Shown: positions 16,099 to 23,280, counted from the stretch's first letter. The stretch is 39,990 bases of DNA from a virus (IMGVR_UViG_3300045988_107676:1-39990); one strand, 5' to 3'. Numbers and translations are program-made. Notes: generated from the letters alone by a model not told the origin.

Positions 16099-16895
16099 AC
16101 TTCTTGCAGCGTGATTTGGTCTTTTATGCTTTCAAGCCCTGAAAGCATCTCATCTTTTGCTCGTTGATAAATTGCTTTGTCAACCTCGAATCCGTATGCC
16201 TTTCGCCCAATTTCGGCAGCAGCCCGAAGCGTTGACCCGCTTCCTGCGCATGGATCTATAACCACATCTCCGGGGTCAGTGAAGATCTCGATCAGGCGCT
16301 TCAACACAGCAATCGGCTTTTGTGTTGGGTGTATTTTAGGGTATTCTTTTCGGTTATCTCTCTCCCACGGGAACCAGTCAAAAACCATATGTCCCTTACC
16401 GTCATCACCTGCATTCCGAAATTTTGGGAGTTTATCACGATAAAGAACAACCGCAAATTCCGTTGCACCAACAATCTTCATATTTGCTTTAAGAACCTGT
16501 GCCGAATAGTTTTTGCAGAAAAAAAGAGGGTAAGATTTTACAAATCCATACTGTTTTCCGCACTCTATTACCGTTTGCATTTGTTCAAAAGCGCAGAATA
16601 CGATCATAGCAGGCGCCGTGCCTTTTTCCTTTGGCTCTTTAACAAGCATTTTGCTGCAAAAATGCATATACTCCGGGATTTTGAATTTTCCATCTGTATT
16701 GAAAAAAGCGCTTTTTGCAAGCCTGCTCTCCCCGTTTTTGTTGTTACCTCCCTCATACCACATCGGATTGCTTGCATACGCATCAACCCCGATGTTGTAT
16801 GGAATGTCAGCTATAACAAGCTGCGCCTTTGGAATGTTGTACCGCTTGTAATTTTGAAAGTTATCGTGGTACAACTCCGCCACTATGTTGCTCAT
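16080..16895 (-). CDS. Orphan DNA methyltransferase (N6-adenine or N4-cytosine, beta-class order)
   Basis: The catalytic DIPY (DPPY-type) motif is near the N-terminus and the AdoMet motif VIDPCAGSGST near the C-terminus. There is no adjacent restriction endonuclease. Confidence 0.85.
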   Translation of the reverse strand: MSNIVAELYHDNFQNYKRYNIPKAQLVIADIPYNIGVDAYASNPMWYEGGNNKNGESRLAKSAFFNTDGKFKIPEYMHFCSKMLVKEPKEKGTAPAMIVFCAFEQMQTVIECGKQYGFVKSYPLFFCKNYSAQVLKANMKIVGATEFAVVLYRDKLPKFRNAGDDGKGHMVFDWFPWERDNRKEYPKIHPTQKPIAVLKRLIEIFTDPGDVVIDPCAGSGSTLRAAAEIGRKAYGFEVDKAIYQRAKDEMLSGLESIKDQITLQEVCGVEK

Positions 16896-17470
16896 AATGC
16901 ATTCTCCTCCATCGTCCGCTGCGCCAGCGCAATGTCAAAGCTCGGTAGCTGGTTCGCAGCGTTTGTCAGCTTCTCTCGGATTTCCGATGGCATTGCAGCC
17001 AGCCGTTTTTCGGTCTCCATCCTTGCCCTGTAGCATCGCAGGAAGTTTGACTGTACAACCGTCTGCACCGTCCCTGCATCCATCATCGCCCACTCACGGA
17101 GCTGTGACGGATGGCCTACAAGCCGTTGCAGCGTCTCCGGCAATGCAGCAAATTCCTGCTCGCTGCCGTAGCCTCCGTTTCGCAATGCTTTTGAAATCAT
17201 CGCCCACGCTTCGCCCTCTGTCAGCTCGGCGGGCTTACTGACCTCGCCGATGGATGCGATAATCGCCCCGATGTGCGGAGGGAAACCCTTTTGATCTCCT
17301 GCGATGTGTGCTTTGACTGCCGCTGCGACCAAGTTCGCAGGATAGTCTGCAAGCATCTCCGACCACAGGTTTACCACAGCTTCGGCATCCTGCCGTTTCA
17401 TGTCTCGGTAATAACCGGGGTATGCAGCCTTCAAAATCGACATGACAGCAAGGGTTTCAGAACGGGTCAT
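16892..17470 (-). CDS. Replicative helicase loader (G39P-like)
   Basis: The start at 17470 gives MTRSETLAVMSILKAAYPGYY...W...L.DYP...PPHIGAII, resembling the SPP1 G39P N-terminal pattern. It follows the replisome organiser. Confidence 0.5.
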   Translation of the reverse strand: MTRSETLAVMSILKAAYPGYYRDMKRQDAEAVVNLWSEMLADYPANLVAAAVKAHIAGDQKGFPPHIGAIIASIGEVSKPAELTEGEAWAMISKALRNGGYGSEQEFAALPETLQRLVGHPSQLREWAMMDAGTVQTVVQSNFLRCYRARMETEKRLAAMPSEIREKLTNAANQLPSFDIALAQRTMEENAL

Positions 17471-18122
17471 GCTCTCCCTCCTCTCGCAGCATTTGCAAAA
17501 ATACATTGTCGGTCCCACCAGCAGACTTGTCGCCTTTCAACGGGTATACATCCTGCCAGCAGCGCTTAACGCTCTGATCGAGAATAAGCCCCTTTGTGTG
17601 GTTGTCCCCCGGTGCCAGCCGTTCCAGCTCATTCAGGATCATCTTTGCGGCCCGATCAGTGAGGGGCTTTTTGATTTTCTTGCGCATCTCACAAAAGCCG
17701 TTCCAGTTCTCCATCAAGGCTTCCGGGACATCCACACGCCCCCTTGGGGGGGTAGGGGGGGTATTATTCCCGGAGGGAATATTTTCTTTGTCTTTGTCAT
17801 TGTCATTGTCATTGTCTTTGTCTTGGCTTTTCTGGGTTTTTGAAAAACCCACTGGGTTTTTTAGGTTGACTTGGGTTTTCTTCGGCCTACCGCCCTTGGA
17901 ACCGTTTTCCCTGCTTGTTTTGGCTCTTCCTTCGCATTCAGCAGCCATCCGGTCTATTTGCAACTTTGCTACCGGCCATATAAAACGCTCGTTTCCCCGG
18001 AAGTCGGGGGCTGCGCCCGTCTCTGCATATTTCAGCATAGCCGTGAACAGCCGCCCTCTCTCCGCATCTCCGAGTTCCTCCATGGCATCTGCAAAGTCTG
18101 TAAAGACTTTAAGGTACTTCAT
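17457..18122 (-). CDS. Replisome organiser / DnaD-like replication initiation protein
   Basis: 221 aa with the N-terminus FTDFADAMEELGDAERGRLFTAMLKYAETG, a central low-complexity linker and a C-terminal DnaD-like helical part. It contains internal DNA repeats (see the ori candidate). Confidence 0.55.
   Translation of the reverse strand: MKYLKVFTDFADAMEELGDAERGRLFTAMLKYAETGAAPDFRGNERFIWPVAKLQIDRMAAECEGRAKTSRENGSKGGRPKKTQVNLKNPVGFSKTQKSQDKDNDNDNDKDKENIPSGNNTPPTPPRGRVDVPEALMENWNGFCEMRKKIKKPLTDRAAKMILNELERLAPGDNHTKGLILDQSVKRCWQDVYPLKGDKSAGGTDNVFLQMLREEGEHDPF
17739..17880. promoter_or_regulatory. Candidate replication origin inside the organiser gene
   Basis: Within about 140 bp are two G7 runs (17746..17752, 17755..17761) and six GTC[AT]TT hexamers (17790..17825). 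There is also a 17-bp perfect palindrome GGGTTTTTgAAAAACCC (17834..17850) and three TGGGTTTT iterons about 20 bp apart (17833, 17853, 17872). Confidence 0.35.
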
Positions 18123-18162
18123 GGGTTGTCCTCCTGTCGCTTTTTACTGGGAAGCGTAACCC

Positions 18163-18558
18163 TCAATTAAAAGGGAGGTCGTTCTCGTCCTCGATTTGTT
18201 CAAACTGGTCTGTTTTGACCTCTGCGGGCTTTTCGGATGCGTTGGTGGTGTTCTTGCTTCCGCCAAACAGAACCTCCTCTGCGATGATTTCTGTGGCCGT
18301 GCGCTTGTTGCCGTCCTTGTCCTCATAGCTGCGGACTTCGATGCGGCCTACAATGGTGATAAGGTCACCCTTTCCGAACCACTGGTTCACGAATTCGGCG
18401 GTCTTGTTCCATGCTACAATGGGGATGAAGTCGGTCTTCTCACGGTCACGGCTTCGGTCTACGGCGATGGTAAAGCCGCACACGCTCTTGCCGCTGTTGG
18501 TCTGCTTCAATTCGGGGGCTTTCGTCAGCCGCCCATTAAGGATTGCTTTGTTCAGCAT
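18163..18558 (-). CDS. ssb: Single-stranded DNA-binding protein
   Basis: OB-fold N-terminus MLNKAILNGRLTKAPELKQT...FIPIVAWNKTAE and a canonical acidic tail ending DENDLPFN. Confidence 0.9.
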   Translation of the reverse strand: MLNKAILNGRLTKAPELKQTNSGKSVCGFTIAVDRSRDREKTDFIPIVAWNKTAEFVNQWFGKGDLITIVGRIEVRSYEDKDGNKRTATEIIAEEVLFGGSKNTTNASEKPAEVKTDQFEQIEDENDLPFN

Positions 18559-18890
18559 TCTGTTTCCTCCAAATAGTTTGTGTAGAATTCCTCCCGGAAC
18601 ATCGGGATCGTGAAATCGTAGTTGTCAATACAGGCTTGCTCGCCCAGCCGGTGCAGCAAGTCCATCACCTCTGCGCAGCCGTGTGCGTGTGTCAGGTGGC
18701 ATGGCGTGTGGCAAAGGGACACCCAAAGCCCCATGCGCTTGCTTTTGCTCCTCATTGCGTTGCCGAAGATTTCGTGCCGGTCGAGCTTTACGCCGGAGCG
18801 CTGGCACAAAAAGCACTTGGATGTGTCGGCCTGTACGATGCTCGGTGCGTATCCGTTTCGGTCAAGCTCTGCGCCCCATTCGTTTTTCAT
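18552..18890 (-). CDS. Cys/His-rich phage protein (HNH-like or zinc-binding, recombination-associated)
   Basis: Contains CFLC...HEIFG...LCHTPCH..H. The ATG at 18890 overlaps the upstream stop as ATGA. The family was not verified. Confidence 0.3.
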   Translation of the reverse strand: MKNEWGAELDRNGYAPSIVQADTSKCFLCQRSGVKLDRHEIFGNAMRSKSKRMGLWVSLCHTPCHLTHAHGCAEVMDLLHRLGEQACIDNYDFTIPMFREEFYTNYLEETEC

Positions 18891-19423
18891 TTGCCCCACT
18901 CCTCCTTCAGCAGCGCCAGCTCTGCGGGCGTTGCGGTCTCAATGCCCTGCTCTTTGCAATCCTCAACGATGAGATCGATGAGCCGAGACATCTGCGCTGT
19001 GTCATATGTGCTTGAGCCGTAGTACAGGATCACATTCGTACATCCGGGCAGCTTGCTCGGAAATGCATCCGTCAGCCAGCCGAGGCCATGAAGTCCCCAC
19101 GCCTCCTGCAGCTCGCCCGCTGCATCCGACTTTAGGCACACGATGCTGTTCACGCCCATCTCCCGCACATAGTGTCGGTAGATTTCGTCTCTCGGCCTTC
19201 CGAGCGCTTCGGATAAAGCGCCGATAAGCACCCAGCAGTACGCATTGGCATCGAGCGACCGCCTGTTTTTTACCTCGGCCAGCTCTGCGGAGTATTTCTT
19301 GCCAAGCTCCATGCTATTGAGAAAAGCCTGTGCGGCTGCGGCATCCTTTGTGTACAAGATGATGCCGTAGCCGTTTCGGTCTTTCGTCCAGTCTGCGGTC
19401 TCAAACCGCATCTTTGTTTTCAT
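18887..19423 (-). CDS. NinB/Orf-like recombination mediator
   Basis: NRRSLDANAYCWVLIGALSEALG parallels the lambda NinB segment NRSLDQNRKLWACLGDVS, and a later SSTYDTAQMSRLIDLI segment also fits. I prefer the ATG at 19423, which has a GGAGG RBS. Confidence 0.55.
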   Translation of the reverse strand: MKTKMRFETADWTKDRNGYGIILYTKDAAAAQAFLNSMELGKKYSAELAEVKNRRSLDANAYCWVLIGALSEALGRPRDEIYRHYVREMGVNSIVCLKSDAAGELQEAWGLHGLGWLTDAFPSKLPGCTNVILYYGSSTYDTAQMSRLIDLIVEDCKEQGIETATPAELALLKEEWGK

Positions 19424-20003
19424 TCTTTTCGGCCTCCTTCTCTGCTGCAAAGGCTTTCTTCTGGCAGTCGGGGCAGAGCTTGCGTCCGAACCGCTGCTCG
19501 CTGTATGCGGCAATCTCCTTTACAGGCCAGTTCTCGCCGTTGCGCTTCTTGATGCTGACGATCTGTTTCTTGCAGTCGGTGCAGAATTCAACAGGGTCGG
19601 GGACTCGTTCAGCATCCTCCGGCAAATCCTCCCCTGCGTAGATGTACAGGCCGAGGCCGTGTCTGGCACAGGCTTTGGTCAGCGACCGTTGGATGGCCTT
19701 GTTGACATCAAAGGATGTGACCTTGCTCTGCGGGATGGATTGGTTTTTGTAGTCCATGACAGGCAGGTACTCGATATGCTCGATGCCGTTGACGGTCACG
19801 CCTGTCTTTACCCAGCAGGTCTGACCATCGGTGTGGTAAAACCATCCCGCCTCGTTCTCGTAGATGGTGTAGGTCGCATCAGGATAACGCTTCTTCACCT
19901 CACCCCACGCAAACGCCCACGCAAGGTACGAAAGGCCGTTCTTCTTCTCGATCTTGTCGGAACAGTCGATGCTGTTTAGCTCTCTGAAATAGTTGGTCTC
20001 CAT
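19401..20003 (-). CDS. Single-strand annealing protein (Rad52/Sak-like, DUF1071-type) with a C-terminal zinc ribbon
   Basis: The signature GLSYLAWAFAWGEVKKRYPDATY is typical of Sak/DUF1071 annealases. The C-terminus carries CTDC...CPDC. Confidence 0.6.
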   Translation of the reverse strand: METNYFRELNSIDCSDKIEKKNGLSYLAWAFAWGEVKKRYPDATYTIYENEAGWFYHTDGQTCWVKTGVTVNGIEHIEYLPVMDYKNQSIPQSKVTSFDVNKAIQRSLTKACARHGLGLYIYAGEDLPEDAERVPDPVEFCTDCKKQIVSIKKRNGENWPVKEIAAYSEQRFGRKLCPDCQKKAFAAEKEAEKNENKDAV

Positions 20004-20012
20004 GTTTCCTCC

Positions 20013-20288
20013 TTAATACGATCTGATATACCGTTCTGCTTCCTCGAAATGCTTGTCCCCAGCGGCGTCGTAAGCGTCAATCTTCTTGATCTCACCCGCT
20101 TCGTATTCATCGAGGTATTCTTCAAAGTGGTCATCGATGCATTGGTCGCAGGCAATGATCTCATCATCCCACTTGCGTACATAGATGTCGCTGTGGATTT
20201 CCGCTTTGCAGACGGGGCATTCCAGATGGAGCCAGTCCATGTAGTCGTCCGGCCAGATAGCATCCGGCACATAAGGTATCTGGGTCAT
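20013..20288 (-). CDS. Hypothetical acidic protein with CPVC...CDQC
   Basis: 91-aa ORF with a GGAGAGG RBS. Its start overlaps the upstream stop. Confidence 0.55.
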   Translation of the reverse strand: MTQIPYVPDAIWPDDYMDWLHLECPVCKAEIHSDIYVRKWDDEIIACDQCIDDHFEEYLDEYEAGEIKKIDAYDAAGDKHFEEAERYIRSY

Positions 20289-20866
20289 GCCTCAATCACC
20301 TCTCCATCCACAAGTTTATAAAACACGCCGGGCTTTATGGCCTCCCCGTCCACCTTTACCGCACGAACCTCTTTAATTGGGCGGGTCTCACCGTCCCAGA
20401 CACCCCTATCGGTTAGGACAAGCCAGCATCCAATGGCGCCGGATGCCTTACTATCAAATCCGGTGACGATTGCAATAGACTCCTTTCCATCGACGGTTGC
20501 AGCGCTCTGGTAGCCGGTGTTGGTTGCAGCGCTCTGGTCGCCGGTGTTGGTTGCAGCGCTCTGGTCGCCGGTCTGATTGTCGCTGCTTTCGGCTCTTTCC
20601 TTTATGTACTCAACCGCAGCTTTTGCAATACCAGCGATACCGATCTCCGCCCGGAGCTTTATTTTCGTTCCGGCTCGCTTGCTGTCGCCTTTTGCTTCGT
20701 CTGTCACCCCGTCAAGATCGGCCTCGAAAAACCGATTGCCTGCCGGGGGATAATAGCCAAACACATCAAGAGGATACTCGCAGCCGTGGAATCCCTTCTC
20801 GCACAGTTCCGCTTCCTCCTCCACATATTCTTTGCCAAGATCGAATTGGAAGCCTCGGCACTTCAT
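20285..20866 (-). CDS. DUF7666-like protein with tandem 9-aa repeats
   Basis: The N-terminus MKCRGFQFDLGKEYVEEEAELCEKGFHGCEYPLDVFGYY matches my memory of a phage family. The middle carries TGDQSAATN x about 3. Confidence 0.5.
   Translation of the reverse strand: MKCRGFQFDLGKEYVEEEAELCEKGFHGCEYPLDVFGYYPPAGNRFFEADLDGVTDEAKGDSKRAGTKIKLRAEIGIAGIAKAAVEYIKERAESSDNQTGDQSAATNTGDQSAATNTGYQSAATVDGKESIAIVTGFDSKASGAIGCWLVLTDRGVWDGETRPIKEVRAVKVDGEAIKPGVFYKLVDGEVIEA
20496..20572. repeat. 27-bp tandem repeat, about 2.85 copies (in-frame, coding)
   Basis: The unit is gttgcagcgctctggt[a/c]gccggtgttg, at 20496..20522, 20523..20549 and 20550..about 20572. Confidence 0.9.
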
Positions 20867-21261
20867 ATCTTTATCGGTTCCCTTGTAGACGATCGCTTGA
20901 CATCCCTCCCTTTATCGTGTATAGTTATGGTGGTAGTTGGGTCTCCGTCTCTGACGGGGGCCTTTCTTTTTTTGTACTCCTCCTGCTGTCTGCGGATACA
21001 CCGCAGCACCCAATTTGAAAAGTTCCCGTAGCCCATCTCGATGAGCTGCCTGCGGAATTCCACCATGTCCACAAATCCATTGGGTACGCAGACGTGGAGG
21101 TTATAAACATCCCGCTTTGGCCGCTTCTTCGAAATCAGCGCCTGCGCTTCAGGTGTCCGCTTAACACCGTAGTATTCGGGGCGCTTGCACATACTGTCGA
21201 GTGGCTTCGAGTAGCCGGGAAAAACTCTTCTGATGGCTTCGATGCGCTCGTTCTGTGTCAT
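20863..21261 (-). CDS. Hypothetical basic protein
   Basis: The ORF is open to 21270 (GTG). I prefer the ATG at 21261 (MTQNERIEAIRR...), which overlaps the upstream mini-ORF stop as ATGA. Confidence 0.5.
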   Translation of the reverse strand: MTQNERIEAIRRVFPGYSKPLDSMCKRPEYYGVKRTPEAQALISKKRPKRDVYNLHVCVPNGFVDMVEFRRQLIEMGYGNFSNWVLRCIRRQQEEYKKRKAPVRDGDPTTTITIHDKGRDVKRSSTREPIKI

Positions 21262-21368
21262 CCGGGACACACCCCCATCAATATGACCATCCAGCCGACC
21301 ATGCTGGCCAAGGCCATGAGCATATACAGGGCTTCCTTCAGAAACTCGATCACTTCTTTACGCTTCAT
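21258..21368 (-). CDS. Mini-ORF, 36 aa, single TM segment
   Basis: MKRKEVIEFLKEALYMLMALASMVGWMVILMGVCPG, with AGGAGGA 5 nt upstream. It is below the ORF-track cutoff. Confidence 0.4.
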   Translation of the reverse strand: MKRKEVIEFLKEALYMLMALASMVGWMVILMGVCPG

Positions 21369-21591
21369 CTTTGTCCTCCTCATAGGGCAGTTCGGGGATT
21401 GGAGTCCACCAAGTAACATTGAGTGCGTAGTCGGTGCAGTCCTCGTTAACGTTGAAAAGCTGATACTTTGTCATGAAGTGCGTAATCATGAAACTGCCGG
21501 GGGACGTCATGCACAGGTAGTTTCCGTCCTTCGAGGGCTTGACCTCGGATGCTTTGAACCATTGAATGAAAGTGTTGTGGGTGAAATTCAT
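21358..21591 (-). CDS. DUF551-like protein
   Basis: The C-terminal VTWWTPIPELP resembles the DUF551 hallmark (VTHWMPLPEPP). AAGGAGG RBS. Confidence 0.45.
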   Translation of the reverse strand: MNFTHNTFIQWFKASEVKPSKDGNYLCMTSPGSFMITHFMTKYQLFNVNEDCTDYALNVTWWTPIPELPYEEDKDEA

Positions 21592-21601
21592 ATTATCCTC
21601 C

Positions 21602-21811
21602 TTAACTTAACCATCTTGCGAGGCTTGCTGCCGAAATAAAGTAGTTGCCTCGTTTGCTTGTTCTCTTTAACGGGATGTCACTGCTCATCAGTTGTCGGTA
21701 GCCCATCCCTGTGTACTGCGAAACCTCTGTGAATGAGAGGATTTCCTTGCCGGGGAACCTGTCCATCAAGCGTTCGAGGTTGTCCCGGTAGCTCTCCTTT
21801 TCTCTCGGCAT
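21602..21811 (-). CDS. Excisionase-like / HTH_17-type DNA-binding protein
   Basis: LSFTEVSQYTGMGYRQLMSS...GNYFISAASLARWL fits the AlpA/Xis-type winged-HTH pattern. It is the second gene of the early operon. Confidence 0.45.
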   Translation of the reverse strand: MPREKESYRDNLERLMDRFPGKEILSFTEVSQYTGMGYRQLMSSDIPLKRTSKRGNYFISAASLARWLS

Positions 21812-22008
21812 TATCCTCCCTCCTTTTCCTTGATAAGCTCGTCCAGCGCAGCCATGAACCGCTGTTCTGCTCCCTTTGGGTTTCTGTGGCCGTTAAGGAC
21901 CATGCAGACATACGCTTTCGTCACGCCGATTTTCTCTGCGACCTGCGTCAAGGTTATCTTGTTGTTGTGCATCTTGCCGACCATGTCGCCAGTCCATTGT
22001 GCAGGCAT
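21811..22008 (-). CDS. Cro-like XRE-family HTH regulator
   Basis: HTH ITLTQVAEKIGVTKAYVCMVLNG. The ATG at 22008 has GGGAGG 9 nt upstream. It is divergent from the repressor gene. Confidence 0.7.
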   Translation of the reverse strand: MPAQWTGDMVGKMHNNKITLTQVAEKIGVTKAYVCMVLNGHRNPKGAEQRFMAALDELIKEKEGG

Positions 22009-22262
22009 CCAAACTATCCTCCCTTCTATAAGTTTTTGTTGCAAAAGTTTACACAAAGTGATATCATATTATTGCGAAGAACATGAATATTTGGCATCCG
22101 GGATGCCCGCTTTGTGTTGCACTTGTTGCCCCATAACCACATTGTACAGTAAACAAACGCAACAATCAATAGAAAAGTGTTGCCTTCGTTTACTTTCTCC
22201 GTTTTGCACAAAAAGGTGGTGTTGCTTTTGTTCTACATTAACTATGTTGCGTTGTGCAACAA
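22009..22262. promoter_or_regulatory. Divergent immunity (genetic switch) region with iterated operator-like motifs
   Basis: The hexamer TGTTGC occurs six times on the plus strand (22037, 22115, 22124, 22178, 22220, 22245). It occurs twice inverted as GCAACA (22159, 22256). There is also a 15-bp perfect palindrome GGCATCCgGGATGCC (22093..22107). Confidence 0.6.
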
Positions 22263-22545
22263 AATAGGCAAGTCCCCGTCTGCTGTTGCAGAAGAAATGG
22301 GGTTTATGCGTTCCGTTGTTACACGATGGAGCAAAGGTTCCGTACCAAGGCAAGCAACACTCCAAAAGGTCGCCGATTACTTCGGCATCACCGTTGACGA
22401 GCTTTTGGGTAAAGGAAAACAGCCCACCGAAGGTGAGCTGTCCGGGATCCGGAAAGACCTTATGGATTTCGCAGATACTTTGACAGATGAGAAAATTGAG
22501 AAATATCTTCGTCTAATGAAAACTTTAGAATCCGAAGATATTTAA
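22177..22545 (+). CDS. CI-like XRE-family repressor
   Basis: HTH INYVALCNKIGKSPSAVAEEMGFMRSVVTRWSKGSVPRQATLQKVADYFGITVDELLG. The true start is probably a GTG/TTG at 22216..22228, after AAAAAGG. Confidence 0.8.
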   Translation: MLPSFTFSVLHKKVVLLLFYINYVALCNKIGKSPSAVAEEMGFMRSVVTRWSKGSVPRQATLQKVADYFGITVDELLGKGKQPTEGELSGIRKDLMDFADTLTDEKIEKYLRLMKTLESEDI

Positions 22546-22668
22546 CAAGCTGCTCGTCAGACATCCGTTCCACCGCCTTTTTGAATTCCTCCTTTTTCTC
22601 CATTGGTGTTCCTCCTCTTTTGTCGATTATTGTCAAATAAAAATCCTTCCAAATTCAGCATGTATTTG

Positions 22669-22764
22669 GTACAATTCAATTGTAACAAATTGCATGACCA
22701 ATGTATACTGACAAATGTTGCGGTTTGGGCGTCAAATTTGTCATGTTTTCCTGACAAATGTGTC
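22669..22764. promoter_or_regulatory. Second regulatory region: promoter-like element plus TGACAAAT repeats
   Basis: A 15-bp perfect palindrome TACAATTcAATTGTA lies at 22669..22683. A promoter-like TTGTAA (22680)-18 nt-TATACT (22704) follows. CTGACAAATGT occurs at 22708 and 22751, with an inverted copy (ATGACAAATTTGAC) at 22731..22744. Confidence 0.45.
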
Positions 22765-22791
22765 TGGTTCCAAAAAACAGGAGATGAGTTT

Positions 22792-23202
22792 GTGAGTTTT
22801 GACGAAGATAAGAATTGGGAAAACTTTTTGCTGGAGGTGGCCGAAAAACGGCAGGAGCAGGGTATGACCCACAAGGACTTGGCCGACAATGCCGGGACGG
22901 TTGAGAGGACGATCTCACGGTTGCTTTCGGAGCCGACAAAAAATCCAAGCCTTTTTCTCGTTGCTTCCGTCTGCCAAGCGCTGCACATATCTCTCGACAA
23001 GCATTTCGTGAAGGAAGTCTATACCAAAACAGACAGCCAAAGCAGCGAAGAAATGATAGAGGTTCTGAAAGAGCAGGTGCGTCAGCGCAGGAAGCTATCC
23101 AAAACACTCTTTGCAGTTATTTTTGTCCTGCTGGCAATGATGATTTTATACCTCGTCCTAATCGATGCAAATAACCTTAACTACGGTTTAATTCGGGGTT
23201 AA
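22792..23202 (+). CDS. Membrane-anchored XRE-type HTH protein
   Basis: The GTG at 22792 has AGGAGA 8 nt upstream. HTH MTHKDLADNAGTVERTISRLLS. A C-terminal TM segment TLFAVIFVLLAMMILYLVLI is followed by a 12-aa tail. Confidence 0.65.
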   Translation: MSFDEDKNWENFLLEVAEKRQEQGMTHKDLADNAGTVERTISRLLSEPTKNPSLFLVASVCQALHISLDKHFVKEVYTKTDSQSSEEMIEVLKEQVRQRRKLSKTLFAVIFVLLAMMILYLVLIDANNLNYGLIRG

Positions 23203-23280
23203 GAACAGATGTTCGTTACGAATATAATCGTACACAGGCAGGTGTCCAATAAAAAGGGCTGACATAGGGGGCATGGGAAG

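Noticed and set aside
17790-17825. CRISPR-like or other non-coding repeat arrays: the hexamer microsatellite here and the 27-bp repeats at 20496..20572.
   Set aside because: The units are directly abutting with no spacers, are too short or too few, and are in-frame inside clear ORFs. No cas genes are present. No CRISPR array exists in the window.
22557-23000. The 147-aa minus-strand ORF (and 22676..23107) overlapping the membrane-HTH gene.
   Set aside because: It is antisense to a plus-strand ORF that has a clear HTH, a TM segment and an RBS. The predicted protein is low-complexity and lacks an RBS. Only the separate 47-codon ORF at 22460..22603 has a start context worth noting.
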